Positions 1 through 14,372 of a DNA stretch of 59,103 nucleotides are shown here, one piece after another. Both the position numbers and the translations under genes were made by a program. The notes under the pieces are model-generated. The model saw only the letters and a program-made list of their open reading frames with translations, ran no database searches and was not told where the DNA came from. Location of the stretch: the NCBI RefSeq assembly GCF_006345805.1, contig NW_021833623.1, positions 1 through 59,103 of the forward strand, given 5' to 3'. Position 1 is the first letter of the stretch; each line of letters begins with the position of its first letter. This stretch comes from Octopus sinensis (Eukaryota).

Positions 1-375
1 ACTATATATATAGCAAATAAGAAAATGGAGGAGAACAATAGCTGGTTCATCAACTTCTTAGACATTTTTAATTAACTTCTTTATTTATTTACTAAACTGG
101 TAATTACAATAACATACATACATATAACATATCATTCTTTACATATAAGATACAAAATATAGTAATATATAAGGATACCAGTAATTATTTAGAGTTATAT
201 ATATATATATATATTACCTACATATATACGTACGTATGTATGTATGCTTATGAATATTTTGCTTTGTCTAGAGAGCGTAATTATGCCAGTATTATTAACA
301 CACGCACTGGTTCAACTCCCGTTCTTTATTATTAGTTAATTGGTTAAATATCTAACTAACTAATTTGTAGCAATA

Positions 376-655
376 CTGCAGCACCGACTTCAAAGGATTT
401 AGTCGAATAAATCGCTCCCAAAACTTACATTGTCAGCTTAGTACTGATTCTCACGGTTTACACACCAATATCAGTTCTCAAGCGGTGATGGGGTTATACA
501 CACTGACTCAAACCCAAACACACACAGACACATACACACACAGTAATATACATGTATATATATATGTTTATATATACGACGAGCGTCTTTCAGTTTCCGT
601 CTACCAAATCCACTCGCATGGCTGTGATCATCTGGAGGATATAGCAGTAGATACA
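376..655 (-). mobile_element. Degenerate family-B SINE fragment
   Basis: Contains reverse complement of family-B body (ctttcagtttccgtctaccaaatccactc) and a decayed 3' tail (gcagcaccgacttcaaaggatttagtcgaataaatcg). Confidence 0.6.
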
Positions 656-667
656 TACATACATATT

Positions 668-732
<65 letters not shown>

Positions 733-744
733 ATGTATATATAA

Positions 745-977
745 TACTAATCCCTCGATTATCGCAGGTGTTACGTACTAAAACTCAACGTGATAGGTGA
801 AAATCCGCGAAGTAGAAACAGTATGTATATTTTCTTATTGTTTTTCTAATTTGTATTTATATATATATATATTTTGTTATAAATCAACACCACAGAAGAT
901 CGATGTAAGCTTAAATAAATAAACCGCGATAAGTGAACTGCAATAGGCGAAGCGCGATATGGTGAGGCATTGGTGTA
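745..977. mobile_element. Tigger/pogo-like MITE (Tc1/mariner superfamily, non-autonomous)
   Basis: Degenerate TIRs tactaatccctcgattatcgc ... gcgatatggtgaggcattggtgta resembling the TACAGTAATCCCTCG type, TA-flanked. Confidence 0.5.
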
Positions 978-1010
978 TATATATTATATTATATATATAA
1001 TATATATATA

Positions 1011-1048
<38 letters not shown>

Positions 1049-1909
1049 TTGGTATGTATGTATGTATGCATATATGTATGTGTGTGTTAGGTATATAGTA
1101 GAAACGTAACAATGAATGTGCGTATGTGCAAAACTATCTTCTGTTATACACGCAAAATGCAATATTAAAGCGAAACGTTAAATATATGCAGTGATAGCGA
1201 AGAAGGAAATGAGGAGAAAGAAAGGGAGAGAGAGAGGGACGTGAGAGGGATGCTGCCAGAAACAGTTTCAATAGAAGGAGAGAGAGAGAAAGAGAGAGGG
1301 AGAGAGAGTCGAGGACAGATAGTGGGGGTGAATGCGAAAGAGAGAGAGACATTTATTTCAGCAACATTAATTCATAGCGATAAAACAAATGGCTGCCTAC
1401 CTATAGCGATGGCTTATAAATTACGATACATGTTTCTAGAGACACAAGATAACTTGTTGCACGCGGAAGGGAACCGGAAGTTACATGGAAATTAATAGAC
1501 ATTATTTAATATACAACATGCAGGAATGTTACAGATAACAGAAAGAACAAAAGAATAAAAGCAAGCAAAAAAAGATAAAACAAATCAATGCATCTTCTAG
1601 TTATGATATTTCGTGTTTTGCATTTTTCAGTTTCATTTGTCAGAATCCTAGCTACTTCTTACTTCTGTTTTAATTGTAACATAAATGAGAGAAATAGTTA
1701 TTGGTCGTGTTAATGGATGTTATTTAGGTGTTGATGGTATTGGGGTTACAGTACCTGTAATAATAGGAGTAATATTAGTGATACGTTACTACTGTTTGCT
1801 GTATGTATGTATGCATGTATGTTTGCTGTATGCATGTATATATGTATATATATATATACATATACATATACATACATACATATACATACATACACACACA
1901 CACACACAC

Positions 1910-1947
<38 letters not shown>

Positions 1948-1999
1948 TTGCTGTATGCAGTATATATGTATATATATATATACATATACATACATAAAT

Positions 2000-2068
<69 letters not shown>

Positions 2069-2254
2069 CACATATATATATGTAATATGTATTTTGTGTG
2101 TGTGCATGTGTCATATGTATACATACACATATATTTATACTTATGTATGTGTCTCTTTGGATGTATATACATATACATACACTTAAATATTTATATTTGT
2201 ATATATATATATATATATATATATATGCGTATATATGTGTCCACACATATATGT

Positions 2255-2570
2255 CAATGGCCCAGTGGTTAGGGCAGCGGATTCGCGGTCGTAGGATCTT
2301 TGTGAAAGTTTATTGAGCAAAAACACCGAAGGCTCCACGAGGCTCTGGCAGGGGTTGGTGGCGAACCCTGCTGTACTCTTTCACCACAATATTCTCTCTC
2401 TTTCTCCCTGTTTCTGTTGTACCTGTAGTTCAAAGGGCCAGCCTTGAATCTACGTTAAGGATGCACGTGTCTGTGGAGTTTTCAACCACTGGCACGTTAA
2501 TTTCACGAGCAGGCTGTTCCCTTGATTGGATCAACTGGAATTCTTGTCGTCGTAACCGACGGAGTGCTAC
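2255..2570 (+). mobile_element. Family-A tRNA-derived SINE, tail type 1 (internal deletions)
   Basis: A-box TGGCCCAGTGG, shared body gtactctttcaccaca, tail ending gtcgtaaccgacggagtgc; B-box region deleted. Confidence 0.85.
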
Positions 2571-2595
2571 AGATAAGTGTGTGTATAAGTGTATT

Positions 2596-2639
<44 letters not shown>

Positions 2640-2643
<4 letters not shown>

Positions 2644-3048
2644 AGTAATAAGGGAGGGACCACATGTGGTCACTCTAACGCTAGAAATATATCCGCAAGG
2701 AGAAGCCACCACTAAAGAATTGTTCTCAATCATTAATTCAACACGCCAAGAATGTAAGCGGGCAGGACAAATGAAAAATAACGAAAAAAAGGATTAACTC
2801 TATACAATTGTTTCATCGTTAATAGATGATTCGAAAATGATTTGTAAGTAAAATTACACAATCTATTAACGATGAAACAATTGTATAGATTTAATCCATT
2901 TTTTCGTTATTTTTCATTTGTCCTGCCCGCTTATATTCTTGGCGTGGTGAATTAATGCTTGAGAACAATTCTTTAGAGGTAGATTCCCTTTGCGGATCTA
3001 TTTCTAGCGTTAGAGTGAACACATGTGGTCCCTCTCTTATTACTTGTA
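2640..3048. repeat. Long palindrome: ~188-bp arms, 33-bp spacer; probable inverted Penelope-like terminal repeats
   Basis: 2640-2827 is the reverse complement of 2861-3048, about 13 mismatches counted by eye; left end abuts (TA)n. The palindrome is directly seen; the PLE origin is inference. Confidence 0.85.
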
Positions 3049-3495
3049 TTAATAATTTTTACTGTATCACAGTTTTTTTATGCTAGGCCACTTAGTGTTT
3101 TAAATTGATGTTATTAATTAATATTCAATTTTTCACCCTTATTGTGATTTTAAACGAAGCATTATATAAATAAAACTGGTTGATAGTGATTTTTTATGCA
3201 TATCAACATTTCAAAGTGATAAGACATCCTTGAGACGTTTGTGAGAAGGTGATGGTGTAGGCTGGCCTCTCAATCGTATAATTTGTGTGCTATGGTAACA
3301 GATCAGCCTGGGACACACAGTGATCTTGAACAATAGGTCTTTCTGAAGACTCTATAAACAAAACGCAAGCACTATATGTATATATACATATGTATATTTA
3401 ATATCTATCTACCTATATAATCTATCTCTATGTATATATAATATATATATATATATATACATGCATATATATATATATGCATATATATATGTATA

Positions 3496-3534
<39 letters not shown>

Positions 3535-3579
3535 GCATATATATATATATGCATATATATATGTATGTATATATGTATA

Positions 3580-3618
<39 letters not shown>

Positions 3619-3901
3619 ATATATATATATATCATATATATATATTATATATATAAATATATCAAATTGTCATACGCATACACATTGTGGATAGCGCAAA
3701 TGAATGAAGTATAGCTATGCAAAGATTTACATATTTATTCATAAATGTTTGGGCATAATTGAACGTAACCATGTTTATCAATGCTGTGTTTCCTGACTGG
3801 AGAACACAATTTGCCCTTACAGAGGAATGTGCGTTCGTAGCACACTCGATTCATTACTGTAAAGTGATATATATATATTATATATATATATATATATATT
3901 A

Positions 3902-3943
<42 letters not shown>

Positions 3944-4146
3944 TGTATGTATATTTGTATGTGTGTGTGTCTGTGTGTCTGTGTGTGTGTGTGTGAATCT
4001 GTATGTTTCTGTCTCTGTGTATTTGTGTGCATATACCTGTGTTTATACATGCATAAATCACAAGCTCGCTCACTCACACAGGTATATACATAGTAAATTC
4101 ACATAATTATGTATATATTTATATATGCATGGGGACGAAGATGTAT

Positions 4147-4481
4147 TTATGTATGTATGCATGTATGTATGTATGTATGTATGTATGTAGTATGTATGTA
4201 TGTATGTATGTATGTATGTGTGTGTGTATGTAGTATGTATGTAGGGTATGTATGTATGTAGTATGTGTTATGTATGGATGTATGTGTGTATGTATGTATG
4301 TATGTGTGTATGTATGTATGTATGTATGTTGTATGTATGTATGTATGTGTTGTATGTATGTATGTTGCATGCATTTGTATGTATGTATGTATGTATGTAT
4401 CATGTATGTATGATGTATGTATGTTTATGTATGTATGTAGTGTGTGTATGTATGTATGTATGTATGTATGTATGTATGTAT
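4147..4481 (+). repeat. (TATG)n degenerate microsatellite
   Basis: Direct reading. Confidence 0.95.
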
Positions 4482-4726
4482 GATATATATATATATATAT
4501 ATATATATTCAAATATATGTGTATATTGGCAGGGCTGGCCTGCTAGGTAGCCGGCCAGAATGCTAGAAAAAGATCATCAACGATCAAACTACAAGGGAAA
4601 TTCTCTAGAGGAAGATATTAAAATTAATTTATCTCACTCAATATTTATATATATATATATATATATGTGCACACAGACAATCACACACATAAACGTACAC
4701 ACACATGCACATAAATGTGTATGTGT

Positions 4727-4760
<34 letters not shown>

Positions 4761-5902
4761 TCATGCACAAATATACATATAAGTTATACACACGCACACA
4801 AATGAACAAAGAGGTAAATAAATAGATAGATTGAAGGTCAGACACACACACACACGCTTCATATAAAAAGCGTCTTTTTTCGAATTCGTCGTTCCATTGT
4901 ACTTTGCCGATTTTGAATTCTGAAAGGACATCACTCTTGGTGTAGCGGGCAGCAAGTAGGAGATGTTTTCCTTTTGTATCTGATCTTGGTCTTGAAGACG
5001 TTGCAATTTCAGACACTTATTGATTTTAATTGAAATATTCTAATTGATTCCGTGCTTGGAATTGGAATATTGTTACTGTTGTCTGGTTTGTTATTTCATT
5101 TAAAACATATTTAACGCTACGTCTCTAATACGAATGAATATCTTTTAAGAATTATTTCTATTAATATATTTTCTGAAGCCAGGACAAGCCGCTGTGTACT
5201 GAAAACTAATGGAAGCAGAAATGATTAACGAAAATAGTTACTACTAATTCACAGCAATAGCTTCTTTGGTTTTTCTGTAGCGGTGCCCACCGTTTAGTAA
5301 ATATTTAAAAGAGGTCTCCAGTTTGGACACACTTTTGCCGATCAACTAATCTCGAGATTAGCTGATCGGCAAAAAGTAACGAACACTAACATCACATCTT
5401 TTAGCCTCACCTAGTTTTCTCTCATTGATACACGAATGTACTAAATTTCCCACGATAGGTTCATTATAAATTACTTATGCCATACCCTCTGCCACGCTAC
5501 ACCTACTAACTGGCATTTTATATATAAACTTTAATCTCTGGACCATACAATCAAACCCACCACTAAAGTTCTATGGAAACACAAAGTGATCTATAGCCTA
5601 AAATTTTCTCCCCTGAAAATGACTATATTCCCCAACCCACCACTGGATGAAAAAACAATGGATTTTATAAATACTTTACGGGATGTCTGTACCTTATTTC
5701 CCCTTGCTATGTCCACATTATTGTACTCTGCTGTATTTCACTTATATTCTTGTTTTTGCTCTTATTATTATTCCTATTCTACTCTATTTAAAAGAATAAG
5801 CACACCTTATCTATTCTTAACTGACTTTTATATGAGTTAGCCTCTCCATCAAAAGCTACTTAAACCTTCTGAAGAAGCCTAGGGGCACATCCATTATCTA
5901 AG

Positions 5903-6163
5903 CTTTACTCTTTTACTATTTTACTTGTTTCAGTCATTTGACTGTGGCCATGCTGGAGCACCATCTTTAGTCGAGCAAATCGACACCGGGACTTATTCTT
6001 AGTAAGCCTAGTACTTATTCTATCGGTCTGTTTTGCCGAACCGCTAAGTCACGGGGATGTAAACACACCAGCATCGGTTGTCATGCGATGTTGGGGGGAC
6101 AAACACAGACACACAAAAACATATACACATACATACACATATATTACACACACACACACACGT

Positions 6164-6221
<58 letters not shown>

Positions 6222-6384
6222 GGCGGGCTTCTTTCAGTTTCCCTCTACCAAATCCATTCACAAGGCTGTAGTCGGCCCGAAGCTATAGTAGAAGACACTT
6301 ACCCAAGGTGCCACGCAGTGGAACTGAAACCGGAACCATGTGGTTGGGGAGCAAGCTACTTACCACACAGCCACTCCTACGCCT
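5903..6384 (-). mobile_element. Family-B tRNA/CORE-like SINE, full length
   Basis: On minus strand: A-box TGGCTGTGTGG, B-box GGTTTCAGTTCC, CORE-like accttgggtaagtgtctt, internal (TA)/(TG) linker, tail aaatgactgaaacaagtaaaa. Confidence 0.9.
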
Positions 6385-6526
6385 ATCTATTCATCCCTTC
6401 ATAATATTGAAGTGATGGAGATAACCTGGAAGATTCTGTTGCCTCTTGAAAGAAACGGCCGCAAGGAACTAGTCCCTGCACACCCATTTACATATTTGCT
6501 CACTTGCCCATTTGTTTCTATATAAG

Positions 6527-6800
6527 GAAGCACTCCGTCGGTTACGACGACGAGGGTTTCGGTTGATCCGAATCAACGGAACAGCCTGCTCGTGAAATTA
6601 ACGTGTAAGTGGCTGAGCACTCCACAGACACGTGTACCCTTAACGTAGTTCTCGGGGATATTCAGCGTGACACAGAGAGTGACAAGGCCGGCCCTTTGAA
6701 ATACAGGTACAACAGAAACAGGAAGTAAGAGTGAGAGAAAGTTGTGGTGAAAGAGTACAGCAGGGATCACCACCATCCCCTGCCGGAGTCTCGTGGAGCT
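6527..6800 (-). mobile_element. Family-A SINE, tail type 1, 5'-truncated
   Basis: Reverse complement of the body and tail at 2330-2570; no tRNA head. Confidence 0.85.
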
Positions 6801-7479
6801 TTTGTTTCTATATACCTATATATATTCATACCCTTGTCGATGCAGTTCCCCAGCTTTTCCCACTCGCTAATCTGTATAACGCATACCTGTGTGTGTATTC
6901 ATCCTTTACAATGGAATAAATATACATACTTGAAAGTTTACTGGATGATGTCTGTCAACTTTATATCCTTTCCGTTTTCTTATTTCAACTTCTAAAAGCA
7001 AATGTGCATCAGTTACCTAGGAAAAAAAGAAATTCCCTCATGGTAAAAAGGTGTAAAATACCATATATGTGCAGTGCTGACCCCTGGCGGATTCCCTGAC
7101 GCTTATCTAGCTCTTTAGGTGTTATCAACGGTAAATACCAGACTTAAAGCCGTAGCTTTCACTAAGACAGTTAACAACATTGAGTGAGCAGCACCATTAG
7201 ATGATATATATATATATATATATATATACACGAGATGCAGCACGGATTTTTGTCAGTGAACCGGTTGCGGTCTTAAAGCGACGAAAATATTTTGACAAAT
7301 TAAGCTTAAATGTTGAAGTGAATCGAACGGCTTTTGTGTGTTTCTTAAATGGCTTACAAACACCTTCCACGCTGCAATTGTTTTCGTTTTGCACACGATC
7401 TCAGATCAAATCACTTGCTATGCAAGTACATCTCCGTATATATACACAGATATATATATTTATATATATATATAAATAC

Positions 7480-7535
<56 letters not shown>

Positions 7536-8458
7536 TAGATAGATAGATGGTCATGCGTGTTTGTGTAAGTGCAGTATGGTTAAATATTTCGTACGAAGCT
7601 TGCAACTGTTCGCTTGCGTGGTTGACTACGCAGCGTAGCACCTTGGTAGGGTAAGATAGCTTCGTATCGATCCTAATTTTGAGAAGGAAACTGCACAGAA
7701 GCCCGTCGGTTGGATTGTATCTCTAGTTGAAAGCGTATTACCTTGTCAAACCGATTCTGCTTTATAAGCAGATTGAGGGGAAACTTCTAACAAAGGAGAT
7801 CCTCCGCATATTCTGAATTCACACATGTGAGGGCAAGTTAAAGCCATGTAGAATAAACGGAAGATAATTACATTTAAATATTTTCTTCCCTCACCGATAA
7901 AGTAGCTGCGAGAAAGAAGCATAAAAAACCCCAATGTTAGTTTTCTTTGAAAATTGGTCGCGGTTGTATTATATGGTATGTTAAAGTTAATTACTTTGTA
8001 TAATATATTCTTCGTTGTTGAGGTTATATGCAATTTGTTTTTATCCTTTAAGACATAAACTAGTGTGAACGACAAGAATTGTATGTGGGGCAAATAAACC
8101 GGAATTTAGAATAATGGATTTAGATATTCTGAAAATTTGTCGAAGGGTTCCATGTGTGCTACGCATTAAGCAAAGCCATAACACCTTGAGCTATAAATTC
8201 ACGTCATAGTATACAATAATGGGTTTTACGCCTGTCAGATCTAATATATACTGAAGTTTGTGATATTGGTTAAGTTCCAAGCTGTATGATGGGGCACGCA
8301 TGCACACACATTCACACGCGCGAAGATTGTGATCCAGATTTGCGAATGCAATAATATTGGGATTTAACTTTAATTTGTATCGGTTCCTTTAGCGATATAT
8401 TTGCTATTGTAGTAAGACTATTAAATTTTGTAGACAGTTATTATTCTGGCGTAATTGA

Positions 8459-8657
8459 TAGCACGCTGGGCGAAATACTTAGCTGTATTTCGTTTGCCGC
8501 TACGTTCTGAGTTCAAATTCCGCCGAGGTCGACTTTGCCTTTCATCCTTTCGTGGGCGATTAAATATGTACCAGTTAGGCACTGGGGTCGATATAATCGA
8601 CTTAATCCGTTTATCTGTCCTCGTTCGTCGCCTCTTGTGTGTAGTAAAGAAATAGGT
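8459..8657 (+). mobile_element. Family-C tRNA-derived SINE
   Basis: B-box GAGTTCAAATTCC followed by gtcgactttgcctttcatccttt and tail gtaaagaaatagg. Confidence 0.85.
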
Positions 8658-8771
8658 TTTTCGCTCGTCAAAGGAAAATTTGAATGTCGGTGTCTTTACT
8701 TCAGGTGCAACGAAAATAGTCGCGAGAAACGAAATAAGCCAATAAAAGAAAACAGTCATCTTTATCAACCA

Positions 8772-8855
8772 TATGCCTCGGGCCGACCAAAGCTTTGTGA
8801 GTGGATTTTGGTAGACAGAAACTGAAAGAAACATGTCGTATATATGTATAAATGC

Positions 8856-8887
<32 letters not shown>

Positions 8888-9108
8888 TTGTGTGTCTGTG
8901 TTTGTCCCCCCCCCAAGATCGCTTGACAACAGATGGTGGTGTGTTTACGTACCCGTAACCTAGCGGTTCGGCAAAAAAGAACGATAGAATAAGTACTAGG
9001 CTTCCAAAGAATAAGTCCTGGGATCGATTTGCTCGAATAAAGGCGGTGCTCCAGCACGGCCACAGTCAAAATGACTGAAACGATTAAAAGAGTAAAGAGA
9101 GTAAAACA
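8772..9108 (+). mobile_element. Family-B SINE, 5'-truncated
   Basis: Body gcctcgggccgaccaaagc through tail aatgactgaaacg...aaagag. Confidence 0.85.
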
Positions 9109-9821
9109 GTCATACATGTGGATATTTAACAACAACGCCGACGACGATGTCGACGAGGCTTGGTGATGACGGCAATTATTAGGATAAGAACCAACAGCTG
9201 TCTTAGCATTAGTCGCGACTTTCTGCGGAGTCCACAATTTCATTGACCTAACAATTACGTTCTGCAACCCCAATATCTTACGAAGAGACAATTCGCGATC
9301 CTCCGCCATTGGATAGAAGTTCTACAAGAAAAATCACAGAACCACTCAAACATAAAGAGAGAAAGAAAGTAAGAGAGAGAGAGAAGGGAGAAAGAAAGAA
9401 AGATTGAAAAAAAGGAAGGAAAGAAGGAAAGAAAAAAGAGAGGATGGTGTAGAAATAGAAAAAAAGTACCAGCTCCTTATTATTGACTGATTTCATTCTT
9501 CGCCCGCGAAATATTGAGAGGAATGTCCAAACCTCAACGGGATTTATACTAGAACATATATATATATAATATAAACTGCTGAAATAATAACAGTTGCCAT
9601 CCGTTTGAAATAACCGCTGCGTTTAACCATCAATGTATTTTATCGATCGGGAAGGGTAAAAATGTTGAGTTGAGATATTGAAGAGATTTGAACTCAGAAT
9701 ATAAAGAGCCAATATAATAATTGCTTTCAACCAAAACCACCACCACCACCACCACCACTACCACCATCATCATCATCGTGATCATCATCATTATCATCAT
9801 CATCAATCACCATCATCATTA

Positions 9822-9882
<61 letters not shown>

Positions 9883-10423
9883 CATTATTATTATTAATAT
9901 TATTATTATTATTATTGGTTTGTAATTTCGGTGTGATTGGGTTGGTCAGTCGATTAAAAACTAGTAGTGGCCAAATTGTTTTAGTACATGGGTGGTTAAA
10001 AAAGTTTATCGACTCCAGAAGGATAAAAGGCGAAGTTGACCTCATAACGCAAAGAGTAGGAATTACCATGACTCTCCTGTGGCCCCTTCATAAAATAGCA
10101 ACAACAACAATAATAAATAGCAGCAGCACAACGTCCCCCCTTGTAAATTCGGTGCCATTTTTTGCTCAAACAATCGCGATCTGTTGTCGCTAAAGTGCAG
10201 AAAACAAAAACTAACGATAAATATATTATTTGTAGTATTTTTCAGTTTTCACTTGTGAAGTCTGTCTATTGACTCGTCTTTTCTTCGTCTCATTCAATAA
10301 CAAAGTATTCAATCCGGATGATTGATTCATCGATTATTTGATAGGTTGATTGAATATGATTGGTAAGCCATTAGGAATCAATTAGTAAATTCACATACAG
10401 TTTGAATACCATTATTGATGTCT

Positions 10424-12450
10424 AAGGCGGCGAGCTGGCAGAAACGTTAGCACGCCGAGTTAAAAGCTTAGCGGTATTTCGTCTGCAGTTACGTTCTCAG
10501 TTCAAATTCCGCCGAGGTCGACTTTGCCTTTCATCCTTTCTGGGTCGATAAATTAAGTACCAGTTACGCATTGGAATCCATGTAATCGACCTAATACCTA
10601 TGACTGTCCTTGTTTGTCCCCTCTATGTTTAGCCCCTTGTGGGTAGTAAAGAAATAGGTATTTCGTCTGCCGCTACGTTCTGAGTTTCGGAGTCGATACA
10701 TTAAGTACCAGTTTCGCACTGGGTTCGGTGTAATCGACTTCATCCGTTTCCCAGTCCTTGTTTGTCCCCTTTATGTTTATCCCCTTGTAGGCAATAAAGA
10801 AATAAGAACAGTTAACACGCTGGGTGAAATGCTTCGCATGTCGTCCGTCTTCATGTTCTGAGTTCAAACTCCGCTGAAGTCGACTTTGCCTTTCTTTCTT
10901 TCGGAAGAAATAAAATAAGTACCTATTGAGTACTGGGGTCGTAAGAATCGACTTACCTACTCCCAGAAATAACGGGCTCCCTGCCAACATTTAAAATCAG
11001 CATCGTAATTGATGTTACTGCTGTTAAAGCGGCGAATTATGAAAAACGTTAGGACGACGAGCAAAATGCTTAGAGGCATTTCCTCCTTCTACGTTCTGAG
11101 TTCGATTTCCGCCACCGTCAACTTTGCCTTTTATCATTTCGGAGTTGGTAAAACAAGTACCAGTCGGGCACTAGGGTCCATGTTATCGACTTATCCCGAA
11201 CTCTGAACTTTCAGACTTTGTATCAAAATTTGAAACCATTATTATCATTGCTGATGTTAAAGGGCGATCTGGTGGAATTATAAGGAAGTCGGCAATAATA
11301 TTTTACAGAATTTGTTCCGGCTCTTAACGTTCTGATTTCAAATACCGCTGACGTCAACTTCGTCTTTCGTCCTTTCGAGGTCTATAAGTTAAATACCGGT
11401 GAAACACTAGGCCCAATGTAATCGACTATTACCACCGCATCAAATTAAGCGGGTTAAACGGGTGAAGTGGAGGAATTATGAGAACGTCTAAGGCAATGAG
11501 CTGGCAGAAACGTTAGCACGCCGGGCGAAATGCTTAGGACTATATCAACTGACTTTACGTTCTGAGTTCAAATTCCGCCGTGGTCGATTTTGCCTTTCAT
11601 CCTTTCGGGGGTCGATTAAATAAGTACCAGTTACGCGCACTGGGTCGATATAATCGACTTAGCCCGTTTCTATGTCCTTGTCTGTCCCCTTGATGTTTAG
11701 CCCCTTGTGGGCAGTAAAGAAATAGGAAACATTAGCACGCCGCGAAATGCTTAGCGCTATATCGCCTGACTTTACGTTCTGAGTTCAAATTCCGCTGCGG
11801 CCGACTTTGCCTTTCATTCTTTCGGGGTCGATAAATTAAGTACCACTTGCGTACTGGGGTCGATCAAATCAACTGGTTTCCTCCCCCAAAAGTTCGGGCC
11901 TTGTTCCTACAGTAGAAATAGAGGTATAAGAAAGTCGGAAATAATAATCAATAGACTTTCTTCCAGCTCTTAACGTTCTGAGTTCAAATTCTGCCGGGGT
12001 CGACTTTGCCTTTCTTCCTTTTGGTGTCAATAAATTAAGTATCAATTGCGTACTGGGGTCGATCTAATCGACTGGTCCCCTTCCCCAAAATTTCGGGCCT
12101 TGTGCCTTGAGTAGAATGAATAATACTTTACAGAATTTCTACCGCCTCTTAACGTTCTAAGTTCAAATTCCGCCGACGTGAACTGTGTCTTTCATCTTTT
12201 GTGGTCGTTATAAGAAAGTTATAATCAAGTACTGGGGTATTGACTAATCGACTCCCCTTAAAATCGTTGGCCTTGGACCTATATCGTTAAATGTTGAAAA
12301 GGGCTGTAGGTTAGCAGAATTGTTCGAGGAAAAAATAATTTAAGTTATTTCTCCCGGCAATTTACATTCTGCATTCAAATTCCCTAGAGGCCAAATTTGT
12401 CTTTCATTCATCCAGAGTCGATACAATAAAGTACCTGTCAAGTACTATGT
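10424..12450 (+). repeat. Head-to-tail array of ~10 family-C SINE units
   Basis: B-box-like motif at about 10500, 10683 (partly deleted), 10862, 11100, 11335, 11566, 11783, 11982, 12161, 12373, each followed by a gtcgactttgcctttcatc-like domain. Confidence 0.9.
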
Positions 12451-12959
12451 TCATTAGTATCGATGAATAGGATTTTTACCTTTTGACCGACAGATTTAAA
12501 AAATATTTTTTTGTAACTAAACACTTTCAAACTTCGGACACTGGTAGAATGTGTCACATAAAACAACAGCAACAAATAATACTAGCAATTAGTTAACATC
12601 CATAAAATTGGAACTTATAATTATTTTCGAAAATATTTTAATTATTTTCGAAAATAACCTTGCCCAAGACCGGGTCGCAGTTTGCGTGACAAAACGTTTG
12701 ACATCATATGATAATCAATAAATGTTTAAGTGAAGATACCTAAGTTTATGTTTCTTTAATTGGCTAATATGTCTTATCCACGCTGCTGCAATTATATTAT
12801 TAATATTGTCCTCATTAAATATCTTAACACTAACTTGACTATACATCTCATATTAAAATGGAGTCCGAGAATGATATAATCGTTTAGCGTTTCTATTTTC
12901 CTCCTAAATATTCGTGTCTATCTTTTACTAGTTTCAGTCAGTAGACGTGAAACCTACGC

Positions 12960-13173
12960 TGGGCCTCTGCCTTCAAGGGTTTAGTCGAAGCAATTGGCAT
13001 AAAGACACACGTACCCATCCACTCACGCACATTCGCACGCATCGCACACACGCACGTTTCAAACAATGCCACAAAATGGGACGATCGGACAAGTTGTTTT
13101 GAGAAAATTTGGTTTAAATGTTTGACAACACAGCACCGTCCATTGGACGGAGGGGGGGGGGGCGTTTTGCTCG

Positions 13174-13209
<36 letters not shown>

Positions 13210-13227
13210 ACACACACACACACACAC

Positions 13228-13303
<76 letters not shown>

Positions 13304-13498
13304 ATATTTATATATATAAATATATATACATACATACAACGAACTCCTTTCAGTTTCCGTCATTGAAATCCACTCACAAAGAATTGCTTGGTGCGGCACA
13401 TATTAAAGAAAAAGACACGTGCCTAGAGAGCCACTCAGACGGACTGAAACCGGGACCGTGAGGTATCGAAGCAAACATCTCACCGCACAGCAACATCT
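12960..13498 (-). mobile_element. Old, diverged family-B SINE with expanded internal microsatellite
   Basis: ctttcagtttccgtc...aaatccactcacaa and a decayed head (ggactgaaaccgggacc). Confidence 0.6.
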
Positions 13499-14055
13499 TG
13501 TTTTTTATATATTTTATGACTGCTACGACACGACTATTGCAAATAAATTAGAGAATAGGTTTCCATATATCTCCATGAAAGTGTTACATATTTACCTCGA
13601 AAAATGAAAATACGATCGATTTCTCTTAATCATCACCAGCATAGCTTTATTTCTGGTTAGCTATTTAATGCTCCCTGCATTAAAGATGCTCACTTAGAAC
13701 CGGACAATAATAGAATTAGATTCTCAATATTGAAATGCTGCTACAGATGGTAATAATTCAATCAATTATGGGAACTTGATGTCTTGGAGAATGAAGAAAT
13801 TAAATTCCTTAATCCCTAACACTGAGAATATTGGCAAAACAAGAAGATAACTGAAAGCGGTCGACATAGAATAGTAGGAGATATTCTAGTCATGTGATGA
13901 ATATGATGGTGATGGTTCTGATGATGATGACGGTGAAAAGAATGTCGATGTCCAAAGATGCGCATGTACATTCATAAAAATATAATGAATGTATAAACAT
14001 ATATGTTTTTACACACACACACATACACACATGGACATGCACACACACGCATGTA

Positions 14056-14105
<50 letters not shown>

Positions 14106-14106
14106 C

Positions 14107-14145
<39 letters not shown>

Positions 14146-14291
14146 CACACACATGCATCCACACAAACACGTACATACACACATATGTCTATATATATAA
14201 ATATACGTGTGAGTGTGTGAGAATATACATTCATACCTACATATATACATATATACAAACATACATACATATACATATATATGTATATATG

Positions 14292-14335
<44 letters not shown>

Positions 14336-14339
14336 ATAA

Positions 14340-14372
<33 letters not shown>

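Noticed and set aside
4681-5016. Protein-looking ORFs (MSEIATSSRPRSDTKGKHLLLAARY... / MQRLQDQDQ...)
   Set aside because: Non-ATG starts, no convincing splice sites, no recognisable motif, and they run into microsatellite
10424-12450. CRISPR-like periodic repeat
   Set aside because: Units are ~200-bp diverged SINEs without short identical repeats, unique spacers or cas genes; eukaryotic context
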